Positions 29,324 to 39,548 of a stretch of DNA of 64,000 bases are shown here, one piece after another. The notes below the pieces were generated by a model, which was not told the DNA's origin, ran no database searches, and was given only the letters and a program-made list of their open reading frames with translations. Both the position numbers and the translations under genes were made by a program. The stretch is taken from assembly GCA_038749595.1 (NCBI GenBank), contig JBCDHW010000013.1, positions 2,002-66,001 on the forward strand, read 5' to 3'. Within the stretch, counting starts at the first letter, position 1. Each line of letters begins with the position of its first letter. The stretch comes from Pseudomonadota bacterium. Lineage in GTDB: Bacteria; Pseudomonadota; Alphaproteobacteria; Caulobacterales; Parvularculaceae.

Positions 29324-30919
29324 TTAGAAGTTCCCCAGCACCAGCGAACCCGCGACGAATGCGGTCAGCAAGCCGCCGATCAACGCCGCTGATTTGAACA
29401 GCACACGGAAGCTGCGCGGAACGAAGGGTTTCGTCCGCACACCCTCGGGTACCATTGGCGTGACCGCGGGGAAGGTTGCCAAGCGCTCTGACCCTTTGTG
29501 GGCACGGATCGCCTTGATGGCAGGCTTAAGGCTTTGCAGGTGACCGTTGGGGACATCGATCGCGACGACGATCGGCTTGCCGGGACGGTTTTCGAGCGGT
29601 TGGACCCGGTAGGACAGGCCGAAATCCGCAAGCTTCGCCAGAACCTTCGAGGGATCGCGGGCACTCTGCCCAACGGTCGGTAGCGCATAAACGATGCGCG
29701 CGTAGGGATACGGTTCGGTCTCGCGGTTCGGTAGGCCACGGCGGCTATCCATACCCGGAATAGTCCGTGTACCGCTCGTTTGGAGCAACTGATAGCTCGG
29801 ACGACGCGAGAAGTAGCGCTTCATCACTTCCATGTCGGCCCGAGCGCGCTCGCTCCAGTGATCCATCAGCCAACGGGCCGCTTGGCCGAAGATCGGCACC
29901 TGATAGGCAAGCGGCGGAGTTGGCTCGCCTTCAAGCTGTTGCGTCGTGGCGATGAACGAGGTGCGGACACGGTCAGCACCCGCCATTTCAGCTTCCATCA
30001 CAGTGTAATCGTTGTCGAAGCAATAGCCGCCATCGCCCAAAGCTTTGTCAAAAGCGATCAGCACACCGATCAGTGGCTTGGCGTGGTTTGATGCTTTGGT
30101 CTTCGACACCCGCTGCTGCCCATTCGGGCCGTAAGTCGTCGCGACTTCCCGATTGGGGTCGAGGCGCGCATGGGCCTGCTCAAGCCCGGCGCGGTAGCTA
30201 TCAATGCCTTCGGGCAGCTGCTGCACCTCAATGCCCCGCGCGCGCATCCCATCGATCGCGGCGGCGCAGTGGCGCATCGCATCGGGAGAAGCGAGCACTG
30301 TGCCGATGCGGTTGCGATACTTCCGCTGCTTATCGGCGGTCCATTGAAAGGAGCGACTGCCCTGCCCTTCAAAGCTGTTGGTGAAGCCCGCCTGGTCGAC
30401 CTCGTGGATGAGGTCGGTGGGCACAGCGAGCACGTAATTGCTCTCCGCGACGTACTCGGCGACGACATCCTGCCTGAAGTCGATGAGTGCTGACAGCGTT
30501 TCGGTGTTGAACCCCGTGGTTTCCTCGTAAAAAGGCAGGACGCCCACCTGCGCCTGACCGGCAATCACCGCGGCAGACGTGGCTTCGGCCGAAGCACGGG
30601 GGCTGGTCCATGTCTTATAAGCCTGGGACGAGACCGACGGCGCTTGCGCTTGAGCAACGGGCGCTTGTCCACCGTAGCGGCGTTCGGTCCCGGAGCCGAG
30701 GAGACTCAACGACAGGTCGGCGCTCGAGACCGCGCGACCAGCCATATCGGCCTGATCTTTCTTGCCTTTTTTACGCTTGGATTTGGTGGGACGCGCCTTT
30801 GGTGCATCGGCGGTGTTGCGGAACAGGTCCGCCGCCACCTGCTCGGCGACCCACGCGCCAAGACCATGGCGCTCGTCCATGAAAGCGACAAACTGATTGG
30901 CCACGGTGCTTTCTCCCAC
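29324..30919 (-). CDS. divergent prephenate-dehydratase-fold plus ACT-like protein with C-terminal TM anchor (probable pseudoenzyme)
   Basis: by-eye match to PDT blocks: AVIAGQAQVGVLPFYEETTG (cf. AVESG.ADYGVVPIENS.EG), TVLASPDAMRHC (cf. TVYSHPQALAQC), RTSFI (cf. TTRFL); ACT-like RIVYALP...VLAKLADFGL...AIDV. Confidence 0.6.
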   Translation of the reverse strand: MGESTVANQFVAFMDERHGLGAWVAEQVAADLFRNTADAPKARPTKSKRKKGKKDQADMAGRAVSSADLSLSLLGSGTERRYGGQAPVAQAQAPSVSSQAYKTWTSPRASAEATSAAVIAGQAQVGVLPFYEETTGFNTETLSALIDFRQDVVAEYVAESNYVLAVPTDLIHEVDQAGFTNSFEGQGSRSFQWTADKQRKYRNRIGTVLASPDAMRHCAAAIDGMRARGIEVQQLPEGIDSYRAGLEQAHARLDPNREVATTYGPNGQQRVSKTKASNHAKPLIGVLIAFDKALGDGGYCFDNDYTVMEAEMAGADRVRTSFIATTQQLEGEPTPPLAYQVPIFGQAARWLMDHWSERARADMEVMKRYFSRRPSYQLLQTSGTRTIPGMDSRRGLPNRETEPYPYARIVYALPTVGQSARDPSKVLAKLADFGLSYRVQPLENRPGKPIVVAIDVPNGHLQSLKPAIKAIRAHKGSERLATFPAVTPMVPEGVRTKPFVPRSFRVLFKSAALIGGLLTAFVAGSLVLGNF

Positions 30920-31011
30920 GCTCCGGCGAACAAGTTAACGCGGATGAAAGGTTTAGGCTAGAGGGCGCTGCGCCCGCTGATTTCTCTTTGTTTTTCAGTT
31001 GCTCCGCAGCA

Positions 31012-32322
31012 TCACAAGATGAACTTCGACAAATCTTGGTTGGCAGCCAGGTCTTCAAGGGCCGCTTCGACGTAGGCGCGGTCGATCACCACCTCATCGC
31101 CGGAACGGTCGGGCGCTGTGAAGCTGATCTCCTCCAGGACCCGCTCGAGGATCGTGGAGAGACGGCGAGCGCCGATGTTCTCGACGTTCTCGTTCGCCCG
31201 GGCGGCCATGTCGGCCAAAGCGTCGATTCCGTCTTCGGTGAAATTGAGCGTGACGCCCTCGGCGTTGATCAGCGCTTTGTACTGGCGAAGCAGGCTTGCC
31301 TCGGTGTCGGTCAGGATGGCGCGGAAATCATCGCGGGTCAGCGAGCGCAGCTCAACGCGGATAGGCAACCGGCCCTGAAGCTCAGGCAAGAGGTCTGAGG
31401 GCTTGGCGAGGTGGAACGCGCCTGACGCGATAAAGAGGATATGATCCGTACGCACCGTGCCGTGCTTGGTCGGCACAACTGAGCCTTCGATAAGCGGCAG
31501 GAGATCGCGCTGCACTCCCTCGCGGCTCACATCACCTGATCCGCGTTCGGAGGATTTTGCCACCTTGTCGATTTCGTCGAGGAAGACGATGCCTTCATTC
31601 TCAACGAGGTCGAGGGCTTCGCTGTTGATCTTTTCGTCGTCGAGAAGCTTGTCGCTCTCTTCTTCGATGAGCGGTTGGTAGGCGTCTTTGACCAGCATCG
31701 TCTTGCGCTTGTGCTGGCCGCCCATGGCGCCCTTGAACATATCGGAGAGGTTGATCATCCCCACCGAACTTCCGGGCATGCCGGGAATGTCGAAGCTCGG
31801 CATGCCGCCCCGGCCCTGGTCGACAATGTCGATCTCAATTTCTTTATCGTCGAGGAGGCCATCCCTCAGTTTACGGCGGAAACTGTCGCGGGTGGCCTCG
31901 CCAGCATTCTCTCCGACGAGCGCTTCGATCACGCGCTGCTCGGCGGCATCTTGTGCCCGGGCGCGGACTTCCTCACGGCGCCGTTCACGGACGAGTTGCA
32001 GCGCCACCTCGACGAGGTCACGGACGATCGAGTCGACATCGCGGCCGACATAGCCGACCTCGGTGAACTTGGTCGCCTCCACCTTCACGAAGGGTGCGCC
32101 GACAAGCTTGGCCAGGCGGCGGCTGATTTCCGTCTTACCGACGCCGGTTGGCCCGATCATCAGGATGTTCTTCGGAGTGACTTCGTCTTTGAGCTGACCA
32201 TCGAGCTGACGGCGGCGCCAGCGGTTGCGCAAGGCCACAGCCACAGCGCGCTTGGCGTCCTTTTGGCCGATGATATAGCGGTCGAGTTCAGAGACGATTT
32301 CCCGAGGGGTGAGGTCGGTCAT
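31012..32322 (-). CDS. hslU: ATP-dependent protease ATPase subunit HslU
   Basis: [43 protein letters not shown]. Confidence 0.99.
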   Translation of the reverse strand: MTDLTPREIVSELDRYIIGQKDAKRAVAVALRNRWRRRQLDGQLKDEVTPKNILMIGPTGVGKTEISRRLAKLVGAPFVKVEATKFTEVGYVGRDVDSIVRDLVEVALQLVRERRREEVRARAQDAAEQRVIEALVGENAGEATRDSFRRKLRDGLLDDKEIEIDIVDQGRGGMPSFDIPGMPGSSVGMINLSDMFKGAMGGQHKRKTMLVKDAYQPLIEEESDKLLDDEKINSEALDLVENEGIVFLDEIDKVAKSSERGSGDVSREGVQRDLLPLIEGSVVPTKHGTVRTDHILFIASGAFHLAKPSDLLPELQGRLPIRVELRSLTRDDFRAILTDTEASLLRQYKALINAEGVTLNFTEDGIDALADMAARANENVENIGARRLSTILERVLEEISFTAPDRSGDEVVIDRAYVEAALEDLAANQDLSKFIL

Positions 32323-32699
32323 GGTCTTTGTCCTTTCGAGAAAGAATAATCTGTACCCAGCGCAATGACGGCGCCGAGGGCATACATAAGAAGATCAACA
32401 GGGTCGAAGCGGTGACCGATGATCAGCTGCGTCGCGGGGTCGTCGTCGATCCCGAGCCTTTCGGCCAGGCCAAGCGCTTGGCTCGTCTCGATGGCGACCG
32501 CTGCGGCGAACACCAAAAGCGCAACGATCAGCATCGGCCAGAGCGTCAGGGCCCGAGCGCAGCAATACATCCAGACCACCACCAGCGCATCGCCGCCATG
32601 GGTCCTGAGCGAACCCTCAGCATAAAGCGCAATCGCGGCAAGGCCTGCAAAGAGGATAATAGCGCCAAGCGCGTAGGTCTTGCGACCGAGCCCCCTCAC
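32319..32699 (-). CDS. DUF2809-like membrane protein inside the hslVU operon
   Basis: LR.HGGD.L....Y, IETSQ, LIIG..FDP.DL.MY..G; GTGA and ATGA overlaps with both neighbours. Confidence 0.8.
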   Translation of the reverse strand: MRGLGRKTYALGAIILFAGLAAIALYAEGSLRTHGGDALVVVWMYCCARALTLWPMLIVALLVFAAAVAIETSQALGLAERLGIDDDPATQLIIGHRFDPVDLLMYALGAVIALGTDYSFSKGQRP

Positions 32700-33232
32700 C
32701 CGCCGATCACCTCGACCGTAGGCTGATCATTGGTGAAGACGTCGATCTTGCCCGCAATCGCCAGGCTCTCCCGCACAATTTCCTCGGCCGAGAGGTCTGT
32801 GTTCTGAAGAAGCGCGATCCCAGCAGCCTGGGCGAAGTTGCCTCCTGACCCAATCGCGACGAGCGAACCGTCCGCCATCGCCTCGGGCTCAATGACGTCG
32901 CCGAGGCCGGAGATCATCAGCGTCGTCTCTTCGTTGGCAACGATCAGGAGCGCTTGGAGCTGGCGGAGCGCCCGGTCGGTGCGCCAGTCTTTGGCGAGCT
33001 CAACACAGGCGCGGGTCAACTGCGTTGGGTATTGCTCAAGCTTCGCCTCGAGCCTCTCCAGCAGCGCGAAGGCATCGGCGGTGCCGCCAGCGAAGCCCGC
33101 GACCACGCGGCCTCCGGCGATGCGGCGCACCTTACGGGCGTCACCTTTGGAGATGGTCTTGTCCATCGAGACTTGCCCATCGCCGCCCACGGCGACTTGG
33201 CCCTTGCGGCGCACGGCAACAATCGTGGTCAT
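32696..33232 (-). CDS. hslV: ATP-dependent protease peptidase subunit HslV
   Basis: N-terminal TTI nucleophile, GDGQVS, AGFAG.TADAF, WRTDR.LR.L, AIGSGG. Confidence 0.98.
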   Translation of the reverse strand: MTTIVAVRRKGQVAVGGDGQVSMDKTISKGDARKVRRIAGGRVVAGFAGGTADAFALLERLEAKLEQYPTQLTRACVELAKDWRTDRALRQLQALLIVANEETTLMISGLGDVIEPEAMADGSLVAIGSGGNFAQAAGIALLQNTDLSAEEIVRESLAIAGKIDVFTNDQPTVEVIGG

Positions 33233-33348
33233 AAAAAGCCCTTCCTCTAGGCTGAGCCCTCATGTGGGGGACGGGAGAGCCGACAGCTAGAGGAAGGGAC
33301 GCGCGAGGCCAAGGTGTAGAGGGAGGAACAGCCTCGCAGTATCTTTCG

Positions 33349-34002
33349 TTAGAACCGACGACCAAAACCAAAGCCGACAACAAACGGGTTCACGTCGAGA
33401 TCGATGTTGTTGATCATCTCTCCCGTCCGTAGCGTTGCCTCGGTCGAGATCCCGATATATTTGAAATCGACGTTTACGAACCAATTCTCGGACACGGCAT
33501 AATCCGCACCGACCTGAACGGCCCAACCGAACGTGTCATCGACATCGAGCTCGGTCTCGCCGATGGCGCGGGTCAGACTTTGCGCCGAGTCCTCATTGTA
33601 GAAGATCGTGTAATTGATCCCTGCACCGACATAAGGCCGGAACCGTTCGCCGGGGAGGAAGTGGTACTGCACGGTCAATGTCGGCGGCAGCACCCAAACG
33701 TCGCCGACGCGACCTAACCCCGCGACATCGCCCGTTCCATCAATGATATGCTGGCTTGTTGCCGCGATCAGTTCGAGCGCGACGTTGTCTGTCACGAAGT
33801 ACGTGAAGTCGACCTCAGGGACGACGGCGTCTTCGACCTCAATGGAGCCACCGGGAATGGCAGGTTCGATTCCTCCGGCATCATCATTCGGCAGTACACC
33901 TATGATGCGGGCACGAACCAATATGTCCCCAGCTTCTGCCATCGCCGAGATCGGCGCCAGTGCATTACACGATAGTGCGGCCGCGAGAATGAGCTTCCGC
34001 AT
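33349..34002 (-). CDS. ompW: OmpW family outer-membrane protein
   Basis: signal peptide, P..DFTYF.TDN..LEL, LPPTLT.QYHF, RPYVGAGINYT, terminal GRRF. Confidence 0.95.
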   Translation of the reverse strand: MRKLILAAALSCNALAPISAMAEAGDILVRARIIGVLPNDDAGGIEPAIPGGSIEVEDAVVPEVDFTYFVTDNVALELIAATSQHIIDGTGDVAGLGRVGDVWVLPPTLTVQYHFLPGERFRPYVGAGINYTIFYNEDSAQSLTRAIGETELDVDDTFGWAVQVGADYAVSENWFVNVDFKYIGISTEATLRTGEMINNIDLDVNPFVVGFGFGRRF

Positions 34003-34057
34003 AGAAATTCTCCTTGTTTCCACAAGGCAGGCCCTACAACCGACGGGGACGGACGAT

Positions 34058-34071
34058 TTGATTGAAATCAA
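34058..34071. promoter_or_regulatory. FNR/FixK box upstream of ompW
   Basis: perfect TTGAT-TGAA-ATCAA. Confidence 0.85.
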
Positions 34072-34358
34072 AAAATTTGCTGCGGGCGCGAAGAGCTTGG
34101 ACAAAACCGCTCATGCGGCGCTATTAATCAGTATACAGCATAGAGCGACGTGATCCGCGAATGGGCCGGAGGGCAGCGGCTTTCTGCACCGCGCGCGTTT
34201 CTGGTCGGGACCCCTGCAACCTCCGAGAGGTTTGGAGAGCGCGCGCAACCCACCGCCGAAAAAAGCTGGCTCTTGCTGTTTGTTTTTCAAACTTGTCTCT
34301 TGAAACCACGATAAGTTTGTATTACAAACTATGTTGTGGAAACGAGAGGATACCCACC

Positions 34359-34733
34359 ATGTTGATGACCACCCTTCTGATGCTCGCCCCGCTGACCGTC
34401 GTTGTTGAAGACGTCCGCTCCGACAAAGGCGACATCTACATCTCTGTTCAAACGTCGGATGAGTACATGCAGAGCAGCTCAAGTGCCGGGAGCATGGAAG
34501 ACCCTGAAAAAGGCACGATGACCTTGGAATATGAGGTCCCCGAGGGCACCTACGCGATCTCTGTCTGGCATGACGAAGACGGCAACGGCGAATTCGACCG
34601 CCAAGAGAACGGCATGCCTCTCGACGGCTGGGCCCTGTCCAGCGACGGCAGCGGCTGGCAGTTCGATGACGTCAGCTTCAAGGTCTCGCGCCGCGGCAAA
34701 ACCGTGACGGTTGAGATGGAATACCCCGAATAA
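34359..34733 (+). CDS. DUF2141 domain protein
   Basis: GTYAISVWHDEDGNGEFD....GMP.DGW..S; RBS GAGGA. Confidence 0.85.
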   Translation: MLMTTLLMLAPLTVVVEDVRSDKGDIYISVQTSDEYMQSSSSAGSMEDPEKGTMTLEYEVPEGTYAISVWHDEDGNGEFDRQENGMPLDGWALSSDGSGWQFDDVSFKVSRRGKTVTVEMEYPE

Positions 34734-34764
34734 CCGGGAAATCTCTTGGCTAATCGACAACGCG

Positions 34765-34793
34765 AGGTCGGCATAGCATGCCGGCCTTTTTTT
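34765..34793 (+). terminator. rho-independent terminator
   Basis: AGGTCGGCAT/ATGCCGGCCT stem followed by T7. Confidence 0.8.
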
Positions 34794-35007
34794 CTGTGAG
34801 AACGCTAGCCTTGAGGGTGCAACAACGCTCAGCAAGCGCTTCGGACCTTGACGAAAAGTCCAATTGCGCAACGATTGTGCGGGGCGTTAGCATTTCGATT
34901 GCGTCACCGCTATATCTGAGACTAGTGGCCTCTGGCCTTGCTTGAACGTGCGGCTGGCGGCCATCGGCTGCGTCCGAATAATGTGAAGAGCTTTTGAAGA
35001 CTGCGCC

Positions 35008-36180
35008 GTGAACACAGCAACCATCGCCCAAGTGATCTCCATCTCACCCGACCTCTCGCCGAGGGCTCGGGTTGGGCGGTACGCCGTTGTCACGGCCCTC
35101 TTCTCGATCGCTGCATTTGGCAACGAGGCGACGCGAACCCTCTTTTGGGAGACGCTGTCTTCGGCCTACATTTCAGTGACCGTGTTCGTCGCCCTGACGT
35201 TGCTCATTTTCTATGGGTTGGAGCATGTGCTGCGGGTCGATATCGGCGCGTTGCTTGAAAAGTACCGAAAGCACCAAATCCCCGTCGCTGCGTTGCTTGG
35301 TGCACTGCCAGGATGCGGCGGGGCCATTATGGTGGTCACCCAGTACAGCATTGGCCGGGCCGGTTTTGGTTCGGTCGTCGCGGTTTTGACGTCCACGATG
35401 GGGGACGCTGCGTTTCTGCTGATCGCCAAGGAGCCGGTGACCGGTCTCGCGATCATGGCGATGAGCATCGTGGTCGGAACAGTCTCCGGGTATGTTGTCG
35501 AGCTGATCCACGGCTACGACTTCCTCGGCGTTGATAACGAAAGCAAAATCTCGAAGAGCTGCCCGCCTTTCAACTTTGGAAAACTCAACTGGCCATGGTT
35601 CGCGCTGCTCGTGCCGGGAATTTTGTTCGGGCTGCTCGCAGCATTCCAGGTCGATATCGATCAGGCCGTTGGCGTCCCGGGAGCGGAGCTGTCGATTGGC
35701 GCCCTCGGCGCGATGATGTCCCTCGCCCTATGGTTCATCAATCCGTGCACCAGCGCGAGTTATATGAACCGGACCAACGCCGACATGGCGGGCGGCGTAT
35801 GGGATAAAACGACCACCGACACATGCTTTGTGACAGTCTGGGTCGTCATCGCATTTCTTCTGTTCGAACTCACCGTTCTGTGGACAGGATGGGACCTCAA
35901 AGCTGTGTTCGCCACGGCCGGGGCGATCATGCCGCTCACGGGGATCTTGATCGGCTTGATACCAGGCTGTGGCCCCCAAGTGCTGACCACTGGCCTTTAT
36001 CTCGCAGGGGCGATCCCGCTTTCAGCGCAAATTGGTAATGCGATCTCCAATGATGGCGATGCGTTGTTCCCGGCACTCGCGGTCGCCCCGAAAGCATCGC
36101 TGCTGGCCACAATTTACACGATGGTCCCGGCCGTTCTTGTTGCCTACGGATACTTCTTCGTTATTGAATTGCGAGGCTAA
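35008..36180 (+). CDS. putative manganese transporter family membrane protein (DUF2899-like)
   Basis: LLGA.PGCGGAI.V, STMGDAAFLL, GLIPGCGPQV, NAISNDGDALFP. Confidence 0.85.
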   Translation: MNTATIAQVISISPDLSPRARVGRYAVVTALFSIAAFGNEATRTLFWETLSSAYISVTVFVALTLLIFYGLEHVLRVDIGALLEKYRKHQIPVAALLGALPGCGGAIMVVTQYSIGRAGFGSVVAVLTSTMGDAAFLLIAKEPVTGLAIMAMSIVVGTVSGYVVELIHGYDFLGVDNESKISKSCPPFNFGKLNWPWFALLVPGILFGLLAAFQVDIDQAVGVPGAELSIGALGAMMSLALWFINPCTSASYMNRTNADMAGGVWDKTTTDTCFVTVWVVIAFLLFELTVLWTGWDLKAVFATAGAIMPLTGILIGLIPGCGPQVLTTGLYLAGAIPLSAQIGNAISNDGDALFPALAVAPKASLLATIYTMVPAVLVAYGYFFVIELRG

Positions 36181-36246
36181 AGCACCGGAGCCGTCAGAAT
36201 ATCTGACAGGATCTGTGGGTGCAGGTCTATCGATCTAAAAAGACAT

Positions 36247-37233
36247 TTGGACCGAATGGCGGCGCAGTTTACGCCAACGCTTATGTTTGAGCACCGCAGA
36301 AAGACATTTGTCGTCACCGGTGGAAACACCGGGATCGGTTTTGAAACCGCAAAGGCCCTCGCCGCGATTGGTGCGCGCGTAATTATCACAGCGCGCGACC
36401 GGCAACGTGGTGAAGGCGCCCTTCAGGCAATCCAAGACGCCGTTGAGGAACCAAACGTAGCGCTCCAAATGCTCGATCTCGCTGATCTCGTGTCGATCAG
36501 GACGGCTGCGGACGAGCTGGCCACCAACGAAGAGCGGATCGATTGCCTGATCAACAATGCTGGTCTCGGTAACACCAAAGGCGGCGAGACCAAGGACGGC
36601 TTTCCCCTGGTGATGGGAACAAACCACATCGGCCCGTTCGCATTCACCGAAGCGCTGATGCCGAAGCTTAAAGAGACGGCGAAAACCCGCGGCGAAGTGC
36701 GGGTTATCAACCTCAGCTCCACGGCCCACCAATTTGCGCGCAAGCTCGATCCGACGGATCTCTTCCCGGAGAAGAAAAGCATGGGCCGCGACGCCTACTG
36801 CGAGAGCAAGCTGTGCAACCTTCTCCATGCGCGCGAAATGGCGCGCCGGTACGGGATGTCCGGCATTCGCGCCCATGCGGTACATCCCGGCTTCGTGAAT
36901 TCCGAGTTTGGGCGGTCGAGCCATTTTCCCGGAGCCTGGCAAGCGCTCTTTGCCTTGACCAAACCCATGCAAATCTCGGCTGAGAAGGGGGCAAAGACGA
37001 CGCTCGCCGCAGCGCTATCGGACGACGGCGCGTGGCAGAACGGTCTTTATTGGGACAAAGAGAAGCCGTCTGAGCCGACCCTTCCTGTCGACGCTGACCA
37101 ACTGGCAAAGACGCTTTGGAAGGAAACCGAGCGGCTGCTGGCGGAGAAAGGGTTCGTCGTCGAACACGAAAAAGACGACGACGCGACGCCGTTTGCGGGC
37201 GCACCGAGCCAGATCTTCCCCAACGGGCTCTAA
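36247..37233 (+). CDS. SDR family oxidoreductase (retinol-dehydrogenase-like)
   Basis: TGGNTGIG, LINNAG, NHIGPF, YCESK, VHPGFV. Confidence 0.93.
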   Translation: MDRMAAQFTPTLMFEHRRKTFVVTGGNTGIGFETAKALAAIGARVIITARDRQRGEGALQAIQDAVEEPNVALQMLDLADLVSIRTAADELATNEERIDCLINNAGLGNTKGGETKDGFPLVMGTNHIGPFAFTEALMPKLKETAKTRGEVRVINLSSTAHQFARKLDPTDLFPEKKSMGRDAYCESKLCNLLHAREMARRYGMSGIRAHAVHPGFVNSEFGRSSHFPGAWQALFALTKPMQISAEKGAKTTLAAALSDDGAWQNGLYWDKEKPSEPTLPVDADQLAKTLWKETERLLAEKGFVVEHEKDDDATPFAGAPSQIFPNGL

Positions 37234-37318
37234 CCCGCACGCATTTCGCAGTGCGGTCGGTTCCGCTCAGGCCAACATTTTGTTAACCTTTTCCCACCGG
37301 TTTGGTGGGGATTAATCT

Positions 37319-39466
37319 ATGTTCCGCGTTTTCAACGCTGTAGCAGCGGCAGCTGCGCTCATACTTGCACCCGCTTGGGCGCAAGAGACGCTCCAACTCG
37401 ATCCAGAGGATAAAGCCGAGGTGTTGACCCCATCAGGTGACAGCACCGTCGCAGAGCTGACACCTCCGGATCCCGAGAGTGCGGTCGAAGCACGGGACCC
37501 CTTTGCGCTCGATACGTATCGGCTCCGCTCCTTCGTTTGCCCGTTCAAGGGCCGCGTTGCTTACGACGACGAGTTGACCACGTGCCAGATGCTGGAGGTT
37601 CCCGAGAACCGCGCATCGGACACGACGCGGATGATTGAAATCCTTGTCGTCACCATCGTTGCTGACGAACCAGAAGATTGGGATGCGGAGGAAAAAGGCG
37701 CTTGGGAGAAGCGTCCTGATCCGATGATCTACCTTTCGGGCGGCCCTGGTGGTCCTGCCTACGGCCTGACGGAACGGTTCCGCGAGGTGGCCAACCGCAC
37801 GATGCGCGATCTCATCTTGCTCGATCAGCGCGGCACCGGCTTCTCAAGCGATTTCTGCCGATTTTACGGAAACCCTGAGCCCGAAGCGACGAATGCGGCC
37901 GATTTTGAGAGCTATCTTGAGGCCGCCGAGCAGCTGAGTCGGATCTGCTTTGAAACAGCGATCGCAGCCGGGGTCGACCTCCAAGGCTACTCCAATGAAG
38001 ACAACGCGCTCGACGTCATCGCCCTGCGCAAGGCGTTGGGTCTTGAGACCTGGAACGTCTGGGGGATCTCCTACGGCTCAACGCTCGCGCTAGAGCTGCT
38101 GCGGGTCGATGCCGAGGGCATGCGGTCGTCCATCATCGACGGCATTGCGCCGGTCGACTACCCGGACGACTTTGGTTCGTTTGCGAAGTATTATGCCCGC
38201 GCCATCGGCGAGCTCCAGGACGTGTGCGATAACGACCCGTCGTGCAGCGACACCTTCCCCGACATGCGCGCCGACATCGCGGCAGCGATCAAGATTGTCT
38301 CTGAGAACCCGATCGTTGTCGAAGACGCTCTTGATGCGGAAGTTTTCCCGTCAGGATCGGCGACGTTCTTCCAAGACTTCGTGGCTGGGCTTCCCTTCTT
38401 GGCGCTTTACGGCAACGACTTTTATCCCTCGTTCCCCGCGATGGTTGGCGGAATGCGGGCTGCGGCAGAGGACGGCAGCCTCGACGAGCGCCTGCGCTTC
38501 TTAACGAGTGGTGGCCTCAACGTCTTTGGGGACTTCGCCGAAGGCATGAGCAACGCGGTCACGTGCCAGCTCGGTTGGAACCACAACACCCTGGCCGTCA
38601 TTGACGAAGACCTTGCTACGTACCCTGATCTTTCCGGCTTGAGCACGAAACGCGCAGCTGAGAGCACGGTCGAGGTGTGCGAGGATTTTGGATTGACGCC
38701 GCGCCCGACGACGCCGCTTGCGACAGATGTTCCGACATTCGTCGCCAACGGCCAAATCGATCCGATCACGCCTCCGGGGCATGCGGAGTTTATTTTGCCT
38801 GGATTTTCTCAAGCGCAGTACATTGAGGTCCCCTTTGCAGGGCACGGACCAACCGCAGACGAAGATACGTGCATGTTCGAGGTGATGCGGGCGTTTCTTG
38901 ATGCGCCCACGGATGAACTCGATACCGGCTGCTTGGAAAATGAGATCGAAGCACCGGAGTTCTGGGCACCGCTTTGGCATACCGCAGCGTTGCCGAAGCT
39001 GCTCGCCGACGCGGCGGACGAAGGCTACAAAGCGGCAGCGATGGGTGGGCTGGCGGGCCTCGTAACCCTGTCCTTCCTGATCTTGACCGGGGGCGGTGTT
39101 GCGCGGGTCATCAACCCCAGCGACTACTCCGTCGGCGCGGATATGGCTGGCGGCAGGTCGTTTACGTGGCTCGCAGCGGCGCTCGCTGTCGGCGGAATGG
39201 GGACCGTGGCCTACGGCGCATACATGGCCTCCGAGAGCAATCCGTTCACGTTGTTGTTCGGGCTTCCAGGCTACACACGATGGGGCGCGACAGCGGCCTT
39301 GGTCGCCGTCGTTCCCGCAGCGCTCGGCCTGTTCCAGTTGGTGACGCATCTTTTCGCGCCGAGGCTCCCGGCGGGGACGTTCTTTGGGACGCTCATCACC
39401 AACGCCGCGATCCTTGCACTGGGTGTCCTTGCGGTGATGGTCGGCTTCCATCCCTGGGCTGGCTGA
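37319..39466 (+). CDS. secreted alpha/beta hydrolase (S33/TAP-like) with C-terminal TM helices
   Basis: YLSGGPGG, DQRGTG.S, GISYG nucleophile, D.ITP, GHG; three terminal hydrophobic helices. Confidence 0.9.
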   Translation: MFRVFNAVAAAAALILAPAWAQETLQLDPEDKAEVLTPSGDSTVAELTPPDPESAVEARDPFALDTYRLRSFVCPFKGRVAYDDELTTCQMLEVPENRASDTTRMIEILVVTIVADEPEDWDAEEKGAWEKRPDPMIYLSGGPGGPAYGLTERFREVANRTMRDLILLDQRGTGFSSDFCRFYGNPEPEATNAADFESYLEAAEQLSRICFETAIAAGVDLQGYSNEDNALDVIALRKALGLETWNVWGISYGSTLALELLRVDAEGMRSSIIDGIAPVDYPDDFGSFAKYYARAIGELQDVCDNDPSCSDTFPDMRADIAAAIKIVSENPIVVEDALDAEVFPSGSATFFQDFVAGLPFLALYGNDFYPSFPAMVGGMRAAAEDGSLDERLRFLTSGGLNVFGDFAEGMSNAVTCQLGWNHNTLAVIDEDLATYPDLSGLSTKRAAESTVEVCEDFGLTPRPTTPLATDVPTFVANGQIDPITPPGHAEFILPGFSQAQYIEVPFAGHGPTADEDTCMFEVMRAFLDAPTDELDTGCLENEIEAPEFWAPLWHTAALPKLLADAADEGYKAAAMGGLAGLVTLSFLILTGGGVARVINPSDYSVGADMAGGRSFTWLAAALAVGGMGTVAYGAYMASESNPFTLLFGLPGYTRWGATAALVAVVPAALGLFQLVTHLFAPRLPAGTFFGTLITNAAILALGVLAVMVGFHPWAG

Positions 39467-39548
39467 CGAAGCGAAACGTGCCCTCTTTGCGCGGAGGCGA
39501 CCGTCCTGCTAGCGGGATGGTCTGCCTACGCCTTAGAGGAGCCTGCCT

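Noticed and set aside
34800-35007. yybP-ykoY (Mn) riboswitch or Mur box upstream of the putative Mn transporter
   Set aside because: Only fragmentary resemblances (GGGGCGTTAGC, CGTCA, GCA-N7-TGC) with wrong spacing and no convincing helices; an Infernal scan is needed
34750-35031. 93-aa minus-strand ORF between DUF2141 and the transporter
   Set aside because: Spans a terminator and promoter region and has no family features
37270-37295. CtrA-like site upstream of the alpha/beta hydrolase (similar half-site at ~30934)
   Set aside because: Only one good TTAAC half-site, with two mismatches in the other half; expected by chance in AT-rich promoters
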